Assembly (NCBI GenBank): GCA_964234715.1
Contig: OZ174275.1
DNA from: Podarcis melisellensis
Taxonomy: Eukaryota
Strand: one strand, 5' to 3'
Length of the DNA: 64,000 nucleotides
The notes under the pieces are model-generated. The model saw only the letters and a list, made by a program, of their open reading frames with translations. It was not told the DNA's origin and did no database searches. Below are positions 16,935 through 29,776 of this stretch, in pieces. Numbering within the stretch: the first letter of the stretch is position 1; every line of letters begins with the position of its first letter. The translations under genes were made by a program, and so were the position numbers.

Positions 16935-17885
16935 TGTGAGGGGTTGGTGGATGAATAGTTTTACACTGGGCAAGGTGCAGACTGTCAGGCTTTTCAGTCC
17001 TCTTGACCTCTATAATTTTATCATCGGTTACTTGAGTTTCTCTTAGGATTCTGTTTTGGGGAGTGCACTGACAGAGCCAGCTTTGCCCACAGAATCTCCC
17101 AGGTTTAGTTCCTTGTGACTTCACTTAAATGGGTTTCAAGAAGCAGGGCTGAGAAAGACTACTGTCTTTCCAAGACTATAAAGATGCTATAGAGTAAACA
17201 ATTTCTGGACTGGATGACCAGTGGTCTGACTTTGTACTATAAGATACTATATGGCTGAGCATCTCATTCCTATAGAAAGGGATCAATTTATGCCAGTGGG
17301 GTACACAGAGCAAGGAAGAGAGGCCTCTAACATTGATTATAGTTAGGAGAAATTGCAACCTGTTTTAGTTTCGTTATGAGTTTGGAAGTGGGTAGGCTGT
17401 ATGCCTGAGCCCTTCTTTTAATTCCTAGATCCAGCATGGATTCAGTTGCTGAAATAGCCAGGCCAGCCTGGTAATAGCCTTCTAAGTAAGAGTCCTTCAG
17501 GGAGCAAAGGGAGTGGCTCTGTGCCAGAGGGCAAATGGGTGGGCCTCCCTTCCCTGGTTGGAAAGACCAAAGGACAGAGCTGAGGGTTGAGTTATGTGAA
17601 CTAGAAGCTGGAGCCAAAAACAGTGGGTTGGAAAGCCAGAGAGAGCGAGAGAGTGCCAGGCCTGATTTCTGCTGGAATCTAAGGCTGTGGCTATGAGACA
17701 AGCAAGGCCTTCTAGGGGTGTTAATGCTGTGAACCCTTCCATTGTAGGCTCAGGTTGTATATATGTGTAAATAAACCATATATCCTAAAGACACTGCAGT
17801 CTCTACTGTGCCTCATTCCCAAAGGAATGAACCCCTAGAACCCCTGGAATCTTGCACTGCTCAGAAACTAGGGTGGCATGCAACA
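16935..17885 (+). mobile_element. Possible solo LTR (Gypsy/ERV-like); left boundary uncertain
   Basis: The right end has AATAAA (~17769) followed by a U5-like stretch ending ...GGTGGCATGCAACA. No TSD was confirmed. Confidence 0.3.
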
Positions 17886-19096
17886 GTATTAAATGTGGGA
17901 GCAGGAAGGCACCAAGGAAGCAATGATTATAACAAACAAACCAAAAAGTAAAGGAGACTAATGGAGCACCATCTTGCAGCTTCTCTCAGAAAGAAAAATA
18001 AGCACTGATTAATGATAGTGGATTAAATGTCAAAGTGCAATTTAATTGAACAGCTGGAAGTTAAAACCGGATACATCCATATTAGAAGACAGATCCCAGG
18101 ATTTAGCAGACTGTGCAGATTAATCACTGCAACAAGCTGCTGGTGGGAGGGAAAGAATGTAAATTTTCCATTACTCATAGCCTTCAGACCAAACAGATTA
18201 TTTGGTTATTTGTAATGTAATAGCCCCCCAGTATTACCATAGATTAGAGCATTCCTTAAATTATCTGAGGGAGGTCAGACTAGATGTTCTCACTGATTCT
18301 TCTGCTGTTGTAGACTAGATAGGCATGTCAGGTCCTTGACTAATCACTGCATTTGGTGTAGCTCATTTGGATACTTAATTTAACTTACAAAACATGCCCA
18401 CATTTTGTCTATATGTATAAAGGAGAATTAAAGTCCCCTGAGGCTGCATACATACCATATATTAAAAGCATCTGACTTTCCCCAAAGAATTATGGGAGCT
18501 GTAGTTTGTCCCTTGTGTAGCTACAATTCCCAGCACCCTTAACAAACTACAGTTCTCAAGATTCTTCGGGAAAAGTAACATACTTTCAATGCATGGTGTG
18601 TACAGAGCAGTAGAAACCTGCATCCTTTGTGCCATTACCAAAACAACAAGATTGAGGCTTTTGATCCAGTGGTAGACAGCTGTGCAGTGCAGTGCCAACT
18701 CTGCTGTCTCTCTGCTTCTAACCACTGTATAACTCTGAGCAGCACAAACTACCATTTCTGATGATTTGAAGAAGTTTATGCTTCTCATACTTCTGTAATT
18801 TGAATACAGGAAACCAACTCTGTGTTCCAGTTCCTCTGTGCAGCTTCATAATTCTCTCCCCAGGATTTGGAGGGAGTTTTGTGCCTCATAATTTCCTCCT
18901 CTGATTTATAGTCTCTGTATATAGTTGCTGGAACATTGCCTCCTCTTTTCCACCTCTCTGTTCAAATAAGGCCTGTCTTTACTTACTTCCCTCCTCGCAG
19001 GGGCCAACCGGAGGAAGCACCAGGCCTGCCCACTAGCTTGTCATGTGATGACTCCTTGTGACTCTCTTGTCCCGGGCTGAAGCTGTAACCAAAGAG

Positions 19097-22000
19097 ATGG
19101 AGCTGCTGCTGTGTGTTTTGATGGTGGTGTTGGGAGGCCTGCAACTCCAGGTAAGCAACAAGAAGGAGAACTGCAGGAGGGTGTTTCTTTGGAAGAAACA
19201 GCTGAGATGAAACCATCTTAGACTGCCTAGGGGAATTTTAAGGATTTCCTTTTCTGTTGCTTTAGATTCCCCACTTGCTCTCCCTCCAGTCAAACTGAGC
19301 TCAAGCTTTTCCTTACCTCTTCTTGGTTCCTTTCCCCCATCTATTATTTTGCCTGTTGTATAGGAATGGGTTCATATTGGGAGTTCCCCAATATGTAATC
19401 AAGCCATGCTGCTTTTAAAAAAATCCCATTCAGCCAAAAAAATGGCTGCAAGGGAGAGAGAGGAAACTGGCTACATTCCCAACTGTCAGATTCTCGGTGA
19501 ATTGGCCAGTAATGATGAGCAGTCTGTACTAGTGGAAACAATTTCAGGGGCAGGACCAAATGACAAAAAACTTTGTGTGTGTGTGAATATTTGCAGAGGG
19601 TAAAGCATAACATTGGAAGCAGAGAATTGAGTGGCTTCAAATTATGATTTAGTAAATGGGCCACACGTGAACCAGTGATGTGTGTGTGTGTGTTGGAGTC
19701 CTGGAGGGAGTGGGTCAGACTTGAACCTCAGGTGCAAATCTTGACTGGGATCTTAGAATTGATCTTCCAGGATCTGGAGAGGGATAATGTCTCATAAATC
19801 TAGGAGGATTCTTTTCAAAGCAATCAGATTGCAGACTTGCCCACAAAACAGTCCGTGTCAAGCTTACTACCCAGGTTCCATAGCCAGGGAGATGACATAA
19901 ATATCTCTTGCTATGGCAGAGGGGAAAAGGATGGCATTCTCTATTTGATCCTCTCAGCAGGAGATGGGATGAAGTTTCAATTTTATACAAAAAATAATAA
20001 TACTCTCTTTCCCCTCCTGTCCTGAATGCCAGGCCTCCTCAACAGACCGTTCCTTCCGCATTGATTATGTGAATAACTGCTTCCTCAAAGATGGTGCTAG
20101 ATTTCGCTATATCTCAGGCAGCATCCATTACTTCCGTGTCCCACCTGCCTATTGGAAAGATCGTCTCCTCAAGATGTACATGAGTGGCCTCAATGCTGTG
20201 CAAATGTAAGTGACCAGAAGGGGAAGTGGCTCTTGGGACTTATTCTGTGCCACAGTGAAGGATAGAGGCTAATGACTGCGCACAGGTGCTCCATTTTTCT
20301 CACTGTATAGTCCTCACTGCAGACTCTGGTCAACATTTAGAGCAGAGAAGCTTATGCTGTCTGAAGGTGGAGCTGGCCCAAGTTCCTTGCACTGAAAACG
20401 TGCGGCCCAGATGACAGATACATGAGCCTGTTCCAGTACAGCTTTCTTTTAAAATGGAATCACCTCCACTCTCATCCCAACCTGAAAGCTGAGGGAGAAA
20501 GATTTCTGTTCATGCCCCCTCTGTTCCTTGTTATATTTAAATGTTTGGCCATACTAGGCTAAGAACCAGTTGTAGATGAACTGCAAAGAAGGAAGATGGG
20601 TGGTGTTTCTGGCACCTATAATAATTACATCGCAGAGGAAATGTCAGTGGGGGTAGCTTATTATGCAAACTATACCTACTGAAATTCCCTCTTCTGCACA
20701 ACTATTAAAGGTGCAAGAGCTGTGTCCTCTTTTGGATCAGGTCAGCCTAGGCCATAAGAGTGTGCACTGGTGGAGGAAGAGGATTGCGGGGGGAGTGCAC
20801 CGCCCCCGGCAACGCGATCCCAGTGGGGTGCCATCATGGCTGCTCGCCTGCGCTGGGTGCCACACCCCCGCAGGTGGCATGCCACGCCCCCAGGATGCAC
20901 TCCAGCCCCGCCCCCACCTGCCTTCCGTCCCCCGGTGCCAGAGCATGAAGCTCTGCCACTGAGTGTGTGTGTGTGTATAATTTTTTAATTTGTATGCCAA
21001 CCTTCGTTAGTATATCTCAGAGTAATTCACAACATAAAATTACAATATAAAAAGAGTAACAAATTCTTGCCCTGTTAATCCTCAAGCATCTCGTGGGGTG
21101 TATCCTTCTTGTCTCACCTTCTTATTTCAAACTGAAATATGTATTTTCACCCTTCAGCTATGTGCCCTGGAACTACCATGAGCCACAGCCTGGTGTCTAC
21201 AACTTTTCTGGTGACAGAGACTTGGAAAAATTTCTGAACTTGGTAGCCGAGTTAGACCTTTTGGTGATCTTGCGACCTGGACCCTACATCTGTGCTGAAT
21301 GGGAGATGGTGAGTGCTGGGCAAACTATTCAGATGGGCTAAGACTCACTTGCAGTACCTGAATGCTGCACAATTCACCTCTCTCACAATTCACACAGAGT
21401 TGCTAGTCATTGATCATTTTATCCTCTTTAACTCCTTACCTTGCCTTATCTCTGAGTTTTCAGCTTTGTCTTACCTTTCTAGGTTTCTAATCTTCTACTT
21501 TTTCCTCTTCATTATCTTTCCCAGTTCTTGATCACTACACATTTTCTTGCTCTCATGGCTTCAGCAACTTTTTTATGATAACAAATCTGAAACCTACTTT
21601 TCCGACCCTGGATTCTTGCCTTCTGACCTTTCCACCATTTCTTATTGATTTGGAGAGAGGAGCAACTACGGGCCCTGACATTATTTGAACTGTTTACCTC
21701 TTGACCTTCTTTCCTAGGGTGGCCTTCCATCCTGGCTGTTGACAAAGCAAGATATTGCCCTGCGCACAACTGACTCAGGTAAGATAGAACTAGAGGGAGG
21801 GGGCAGACCCTCTGGATCTTGTGTTCAATTCGGTAGATTTATTTAATTTATAAAATTTATATACCACTTGACTGTAGAAAACCTCAGAATGGTTTGCAAA
21901 AAGATCAAGGGTGGGGAACCTGTGGCTCTCCAGATGCATTTGGATTCCATTTCCCATCCACCCCAGCCATCATTGTTCAGGAATGATCGGAATTATAATC

Positions 22001-25000
22001 CACAAGATCTGGAGGGTTGTAAGTCCTAAATGGTTGGTGTCTTTATGTGGTTCCGGCTGCTTCATATCAAGCTGTTAGAGGGCCAGTCATCTGGGCCTTC
22101 CAACTTCCATGTCTCTTCCACAGAATTAAAGGAGCCCATGTGAGTGGTATATAATGGCCAAGGGGCACTTTCAGACCTTTTCTCTGTACACAGTACCACA
22201 ATTACCAATTCTTGTCTTAGCAAGGTGTTGGAAATAGGGAAAAGGAGCCCCAGTTGTTGCCTGAGCAAGCTGATTCATGCTCCTAGATTACCTGCAAGCT
22301 ATGGACAGATGGTTGGGAGTCCTGCTGCCCAAGATCAAGCCTCATCTCTACCACAATGGAGGCAACATCATCAGTGTCCAGGTGCGTGCAGCATAGGCGC
22401 ATTATGTCCCTGGGCCTCTGGTTGCACCTTCAGAGGTTCCTTGATGTGAAACATGTACCATACTGAGCCTTAGGTAACTTATTATTGGAGTACAAGTGTA
22501 TATAGACCAGGCTCTGTTTGGTGGATCTCAATATTTCAGTTAAAAACAAAGACGGAAGACTGCTCACTCCTGCCTTAAACCACTGCTTTGTGTCTGCCTC
22601 CCCCTGTCCAGTAGGAGGGACTTGTAAACAATAAAGCCCTTCAGGCATCCTTGGAACTTTCAAGAACAGTATTTTTTCCTCCTTTACAAAGAGCAGAGGT
22701 GCACCTATTTGGGTGACCAGCCTCCCGTGCAAATTGGATTGGGCATCATCCTGCAGATCTAGTGCTTGACAAGAGAGGCTCTATACAAAGACATACCACA
22801 CGCCTTTTTCTTTAGGCAGGGTGTGGGCTCTGAGTCACCTTTCTTTAATGCCAGCTGTTCCCCAGGCAGGTGGAGAATGAATATGGGAGCTACTATGCCT
22901 GCGACTATAACTACATGCGCCACCTCCTGGGTGTCTTTCGTGCCTCCCTGGGTGAGGAAGTTGTGCTCTTCACCACAGATGGCACCTCAGCATCTGAACT
23001 CAAGTGCGGGACACTGCAGGGCTTATATGCCACGGTGGACTTTGGACCAGGTAGAGTGATGTTGGGTGAGCTCTGATGCGATTGGAAGGAGGTAGGAAGG
23101 AATCTTGCTTTGACTTCTGCTCCTTTCTTTGCCCTTTGACAGAAGAAAACGTGACAGAGGCATTTATGCTGCAGCGACTGTATGAGCCAAAGGGACCACT
23201 GGTGAGAGCCTCTGGCCTTTCCGTGTAGAAGAATGGCACCTCATGCCTTAAATTATGCTTAGTCCTTCCTTGGCACCCATCTCCAAAAATAATCTGGCTG
23301 CATCTTAACTGAGCCATCTTCTGTTTTATTTCCACCCCTTATACTTGACTGCCATGACCCTTCTGTAGCAGTTTCCAAGGCAGCCAGAGAGTCATGCATG
23401 CGAAATCCTCACTTGCCCCAGCAGTTACTGAGCTATGAGACCAAAGAGCTTGTAGTCCAATGCTTTCAGGAGTCTCTTGATAGGCTATAAGCTGGCCTGT
23501 CTTCTTTGCATGAAAGCAAATTATTCCAGAGCCATAATCCCATTGCTGTGGACCTTATCACACAAAAATTGGTTGGAAGTTGCATATTGCCCAGTGTTAC
23601 AGTGCAAGCTACAGTCACACCACATAGCCTGTCCTGGGCATTATAGGTGTGAGGTCTGGTACAATGAGATTCCAACACAGAGGAGGGAGCAAACTTGGTA
23701 TTTCCTATTCCCAGTACTTAGCAGAAGTGATAGAACTGACCTGACTGCTACTGCTCCATAAATGTTTTAATTCTGCCTTCCTCCTAGGTGAATTCTGAGT
23801 TCTACACTGGCTGGCTGGATTACTGGGGTGAGGCACACTCCACAAAAAGTGCTAAGAAAGTGGCTAACAGCCTACAGAAGATTCTAGAAATGGGAGCCAA
23901 CGTCAACATGTAACCGTGAGGCCATAGGGGAGAGTGGGCAGTGGGGCACAAGGGATGGTACAAAGAAACAAGAGCTAGTGCCAAAATGCCAATCCATAGC
24001 TCTTTGCTTCATCTTCTTAACAGTGAACCTCTCATTTTGCCTTAGAGGTGTGCGCGCACCACATTTTCACGTCTTTTTTGGCCATTTCCCTAGCGGACAA
24101 AAATTCCCTTGCAGAACAAGAATAAGGTGCATTGTCTTAGACAGTCCCCAAGCCAAAAACTAGCACACTTCTATTCCAAAGCATTCCCCAACTGCTGTAC
24201 CACATTAGTTCACATCTATTTGTTTCCTATTCCACTGCCTGTCATTGCCCCTTTATTTAAATAGGAGGCTAACTCTTCCTGTGATATCTGACTTTCTTCC
24301 AGGTATATGTTCCAAGGTGGCACCAACTTTGGTTACTGGAGTGGTGAGTTTCTGGCTCCTTAGGGCAACTAGGGAGACTTAGCTTCTGGCCAGATGATTG
24401 GGGGGCACATAAGAGGTGCTTTCTTCTCACACCTTCTCTATCCAGGTGCTGATTACAAGGATGGTTACAAACCCATAACGACTAGCTATGACTATGACGC
24501 ACCACTCTCAGAGGCTGGAGACCCTACTGACAAGCTGTATATCATCCGCTCAGTCATTAGCAAGGTAACAATACAGCCCTCTTCTATCAGTGGGTGGAAT
24601 GCAGTTACTGAAGACATTTTCGATTGCCCAGGTTTTTGGTTCTTAACCTATATAGTTCTCTGGGTATGATTTATGACCTATTTTTGGTGCTAATCTTTTA
24701 ATGAGGTGGAATCCTTTTTATTCTTGCTTTTGGAAAAAGATCTTCATACATTTTTATGCATATTTATTCTGTGTTTTTAAATGGTTGACAAGTTGTTCGG
24801 TATTTTGAAATATTTTGTAAATTGTTTTGAGACATTTTTGTAGAAAGTGATGAATCAATGCAATAAATAAAATAAGCAGCCACCAGCCAAGCAGCAGATT
24901 TGAGGAGGAAGAGGGAACAAGTGTTTGAGAGACTCTGTGTGTGTGTGCACGCGCACATGTGCATGTAAGAGGTTCTAACAGTATAACATCTTTACTCAAA

Positions 25001-28000
25001 AGTAAATCCTACTCGGGACGCAGGTGGCGCTGGGATGCAGGTGGCGCTGTGGGTTAAAGCCTCAGCGCCTAGGACTTGCCGATCGAAAGGTCGGCGGTTC
25101 GAATCCCTGCGGCGGGGTGCGCTCCCGCTGCTCGGTCCCAGCGCCTGCCAACCTAGCAGTTCGAAAGCACCTCCGGGTGCAAGTAGATAAATAGGGACCG
25201 CTTACCAGCGGGAAGGTAAATGGCGTTTCTGTGTGCGGCTCTGGCTCGCCAGAGCAGCGATGTCACGCTGGCCACGTGACCCGGAAGTGTCTCCGGACAG
25301 CGCTGGCCCCTGGCCTCTTGAGTGAGATGGGCGCACAACCCCAGAGTCTGTCAAGACTGGCCCGTACGGGCAGGGGTACCTTTACCTTTACCTTTAAGTC
25401 CTACTCAGTGGGGCTTGTTCCCTCTTGCATCCATGCCATACATGGTTTGGAAGTTGTAGATGATGTACTTTAGCACAGGCACAGAAATACAAGCTACTTT
25501 TAGTTTCCATTATTTATTATTTTATCCTACCCTTTCTCTAAGCTCTGGGTAGCTTTGCAAGGTTCTCCTACCCCCTTTATCCTCACAAGATGCTGGTGAA
25601 ATGAGTTAGTCCGATTGGTCTGCTGGTGTACTGCTTCTGACAGCAAAATGTTTTGAGCTGGCTTGCTTCCCTAACTTTGGTGTTTTCTTTTTTAAAATGT
25701 CAGTTTCAGGAGCTGCCCGCAGGACCAATGCCACCCCCTACCCCGAAGTTTGCATATGGCTATGTATCCGTACCCCAGGTGAGTGAGAGCTAGAAACCAT
25801 GTCTTTAGTTGGATGATGGAGTGACTGCTCTCTTGTGGGCACCTTCCTGAACTTTCAGTGTGTTTCAGCTGAGGTGCAAGTTGGTAAGGCAGAAAAGCAA
25901 ACTGGGGAGAAGTCTGAAGGAAGTGAAATGGGAGCTGGTGGAAAGCAGAGGAGCCTCTGTGATGATTGTATATGAGAGACTGCACATGTAAAGATAGGTA
26001 CAGGGCCTTCTTGGTGGTGGCACAATAGATTCATTTTTAGATTGTGATTAAAGTGGTTTTTATTTCTGAAAGCATTTTATGATTGACTCTACAATCTTTA
26101 TTTGTTTTCTCCTGGTTTTAGTGTTGCTGTATCCTTAGCTTTGGGGTGATAAGAAAATTAACAATAGCCATTTGGGTGGGTTGGGGGAAGCATACTTGAA
26201 TAATTGGACAATTTAAAGGCAATAAATGAACCCATCATCTTTTCTGTAGCGTGTGGCCTTGCTGGATGTTCTCGCCATTCTCTCGCCTTCCTTGCCATTC
26301 TATTCCTCCTATCCTATCACCTTTGAAGCTCTGAAGCAGGTAAGAAAGTAGATTAAGAGTCTGGGTCAGCAAAGGCCCATGGCTATTTCTGCTTAAGAGT
26401 CCCCAGTGGGATTGCAGTTGACACCTCTTGCGGATTCTGTTCTGCATTCCAGGCCCATGGCTTCATGCTCTACCGGACCCTTCTACCACAGGAAATCGTG
26501 GAGTCTGCCTTGCTCAGTGCCTCTAGGAATGGGGTCCATGATCTTGCCTACGTTCTGCTCAATGGAGTAAGGTGGAGAGTGGGGACCTTCCTAGTGGGTA
26601 GGGAAGATTATTACTTAGGTAAACTGATGGGTATCACAAGTCCTAGGCCCACACTCTGGTCCACTGCATTTTCATAGGATGGGTCAGAGCTTGGAGTACA
26701 CAGCTTTGCTTCAGCTCTGTCTTGGAGCACCAGCTAACCTTATTTCTTTCCTGCTTCAGGAGTACCAGGGGACACTGGAAAGAGACAGAGTGAATGGGAT
26801 CAATATATCGGGCCAGCTTGGGGACACATTGGACTTGGTGGTGGAGAGCATGGGTCGCATCAACTTTGGGGCCAATGACAGTGATTTTAAGGTGCATTTG
26901 AAAAGGGAGCCTGGGGCTACTACTGCCAGAATAGTTGGCTGAAGAATAACACTTCCACTATTGTCCATTGGAGGCATGCATGGTTGGCATGGACTTAAAG
27001 GCTGCTGTCTCATACACATACGGGAGTAACTATGGAATTCAAACTGTAATACTGTACAATCATAATCAGCACATTGCTATGGCAACCACAGGAAGAAAAG
27101 TCATTAAGTGGTCCACCAAGGCACTTGGCAATTTTCAAGTGGTCTGTGGGGAACCACTGGACTAGAGTCTAATGAAATAAGTGAGGGCCTTCTCTGCGTT
27201 TTGGAATGTTGTATTGTGCTGCCTTAGGAAATGGACTACAGTAGAGCTGAAGTGGGGCAGTCCCACTTTTTAGCCGCTGCAAGATCTGATGTGACTTAAG
27301 TCAATAATGTGAATGGCAAAATAGATCTAAGAATGAACACTCAGGGGTGTTGGGGTGCACTGCTGTGCTGGTTATTTGCCAGCTATCTACTCCACCATCT
27401 CCTCTTGTGGGTGCTTTTCTAACCTTATTCTCGACTGCACCTAACCTGCCTCTAACTTATCTTTGTGCCCAGGGTCTGATCCACAATATCACACTGGGTA
27501 CCTCCATACTCAGTGACTGGATCATCTACCCCCTAGACATAGACACAGCTGTAGCCCATGCATGGCCGCCAACTGCCAAGTCAAGCAGTGGGCACACAGG
27601 ACCTGCTTTCTATACAGGAACATTCACAACGCCGGGCATCAGCGAGGACTCCTACTTGAAGCTCCCAGGTTGGACCAAGGTAATGCAATCCTCAGATTAA
27701 CTCCAATTTATTCAATTATTAAACTGATACCTGCCAGTATTCAAAACTCCCATTGTTCTTTTGTGACAGGGAATTTCATTAGCGCAAGCAGTTTCTGCGC
27801 TCTGGGCGTAGTACTGCACCTAAAATTTCAGATTAGAACTGCAGAGTGGAAGGAAAGAAGGACCATTTTCTGCCTCCCCACTTCCAGCTATTCTCTGAAG
27901 ACTGGAGAAGAGACCCTCTTAAGAATATTGGGGGCTGGGGGCAGGGAAGGAGTAGACCATGTTAAAAAATGAACGTATTTTAGCTGCAGCTCATTCATTT

Positions 28001-28771
28001 TCAGCTTTGTAGTCTTGTTATAAAAAGGGTGCCTAGACATTCCATTGTTGCGCCCATAACCTAGGTTTAAGGTGCCATTTAGCTCCTAGCTTTCATCTCT
28101 GTTTCTAACACTAATACCCGCCCTTCCTCCTATGGCATCATAATGAGTAGACCAACCTTCATTTAGACAGCTATGTTCTTTCCCTCAGCTTTCCTGCTGT
28201 GTCTAGTTATGGGCAAAGGGGCCCCTGCCACCCAGACAGCGAGTTGCCACTCTTACACATTGATAATCTTAAAACAGTGGCTGGAGAAAGGGTAATAGTA
28301 TCAAACTAGTGGTATTTAAGACCATGGAAATAAAGTCAGTCTATGCCCACCTACTCCCTAAGAAATTGTGCTTAAAATCAGTGCAACATGTTTTGAAGGA
28401 AACATGTCTCCCACTGCACTCATCAAGCCGTGTTTGTTTCAAAAGATCTAGGCATAAATAACAGTAGATAAAAGTGGCTGTTGGAACCCAGAAGAGTAGT
28501 GTTTCCAAAAAATGTATTGTTTTATAAAAGCCCCTCTCATGTTTTCACCCAGGGTCAGGTCTGGATCAATGGTTTCAATCTGGGCCGGTTCTGGCCAGTT
28601 CGTGGACCGCAGCAAACTCTCTATGTGCCTGGCTCATTCCTCAGTGGCTCAGCCATCAACACTCTCGTCGTTCTTGAACTGCAGGAAGCCCCAGATAATC
28701 CCAAAGTGCTTTTTGTTTCCCGTCCCCTTCTCAATGTTACCTACAACTACACCCACAAAGACAGGAAGTGA
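19097..28771 (+). CDS. GLB1L: Beta-galactosidase-1-like protein (GH35); join(19097..19150,20033..20205,21158..21308,21718..21778,22287..22381,22870..23050,23143..23201,23788..23909,24303..24343,24446..24564,25704..25778,26250..26339,26453..26566,26760..26891,27473..27679,28553..28771)
   Basis: Signal peptide [20 protein letters not shown]35 motifs: [37 protein letters not shown] (acid/base Glu), VNSEFYTGW (nucleophile Glu), [33 protein letters not shown]. Sixteen exons with consistent phases give ~630 aa. Its position between STK16 and ANKZF1 identifies the GLB1L paralog. Confidence 0.93.
20765..20961. mobile_element. hAT-type MITE (GC-rich)
   Basis: Imperfect TIRs CACTGGTGGAG.. / ..CTCTGCCACTG. 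The 8-bp flanks AGAGTGTG / AGTGTGTG match at 7 of 8 positions. Confidence 0.5.
25015..25395 (+). mobile_element. Sauria SINE, full length, with duplicated 5' end
   Basis: tRNA-derived head (A-box-like GTGGCGCTGTGG, B box GGTTCGAATCC), body nearly identical to the copy at 41354, (ACCTTT)n tail, and flanking direct repeat AA(A/G)TCCTACTC. Confidence 0.9.
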
Positions 28772-29058
28772 GAGGAATTACTGTCCAGCCATGAAGTTGC
28801 TGAGATCTGCACGTGTTACTCCAAGGGGAAGACTGAAACCATCACAATGTAGGAGTTAAATGAATAGAGGGCACTGTCAGATGAAGGTTCTGTGCTTTTA
28901 AAGAGAGTAGCCCAGGCAAAAAAACAAAACTAGAAACAAGATTGTAAGTATTCAAAACCATTCAGCGGAGTATCCTTCACAGCTGCTGCTGTATAGGGCA
29001 CATTACCATGGACAGACTCTTGGTGCCTTAGTATGGTGTTTTAGGTACTGGACCTTGG

Positions 29059-29064
29059 ATTAAA
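29059..29064 (+). terminator. Candidate poly(A) signal of GLB1L (ATTAAA)
   Basis: First canonical hexamer I saw after the GLB1L stop, followed by T/GT-rich sequence. Confidence 0.5.
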
Positions 29065-29097
29065 TATTCATACACCTACCACAGTTCTGCATTGTAG

Positions 29098-29103
29098 TTT
29101 ATT
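29098..29103 (-). terminator. Candidate poly(A) signal of ANKZF1 (AATAAA)
   Basis: TTTATT on + about 670 nt downstream of the ANKZF1 stop. Confidence 0.5.
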
Positions 29104-29776
29104 CATTCACAATACTTTGAGAGGCTGGGGCAGGGGGAAGAGAAAGGTATGGGGAAAGGCAAATAAGAATGGCTCCAGTTGGAAGCTGCCCAAACAATGC
29201 AATGAAAATAGTGGTGGCGGCCATCCAAGGGGTGGCAGAGATTGATGACATGGCACAACAATACCCCCAACCTCTATGCAACATTAGAAGCAAAGGGAGA
29301 AATTCTCTGCACCACCTTAAAAAGGACATTTGTTGTATCTTGACTCATAAGCCTTCTTGTATAACTTGTTTTGCAGTAACTTTTAGAGACATAGTCAGGG
29401 CTAGAGACTTAACATTGGTATACTTGGAGCTAGCAAAGAAACCAGTGTCTCACCCTCTTCTCTCCAGTCTCTAAAAGGAACCTGTACTCCTTTCCTCGTG
29501 GAAAGCCGTCTTCCAATGCCTCCTCCAACCCCATCTCCTATACATAAAATCCTGCTTCTAGTGTAAAAAGGAAGAAAAAGACCTTTTAGAGGTGTCATTT
29601 CTCAGCCAGTAAGGTACCAGCTGCCCAGGTTGGCCTCCTCTGGAGTACACGGAAGCAGCTAATATGTTTTTGCTGCACTTCCTCATCTAAGTGACAGCAG
29701 TCATAGACTAGATTTTTTTATTTCCATTCAGATTCTAGGAAGTAGATCATTAAGGCCCAAATTTTAAAAACCCTAG

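Noticed and set aside
25032-25125. tRNA-like sequence with A and B boxes (also 41354-41445)
   Set aside because: It is the tRNA-derived head of the Sauria SINE, not a tRNA gene.
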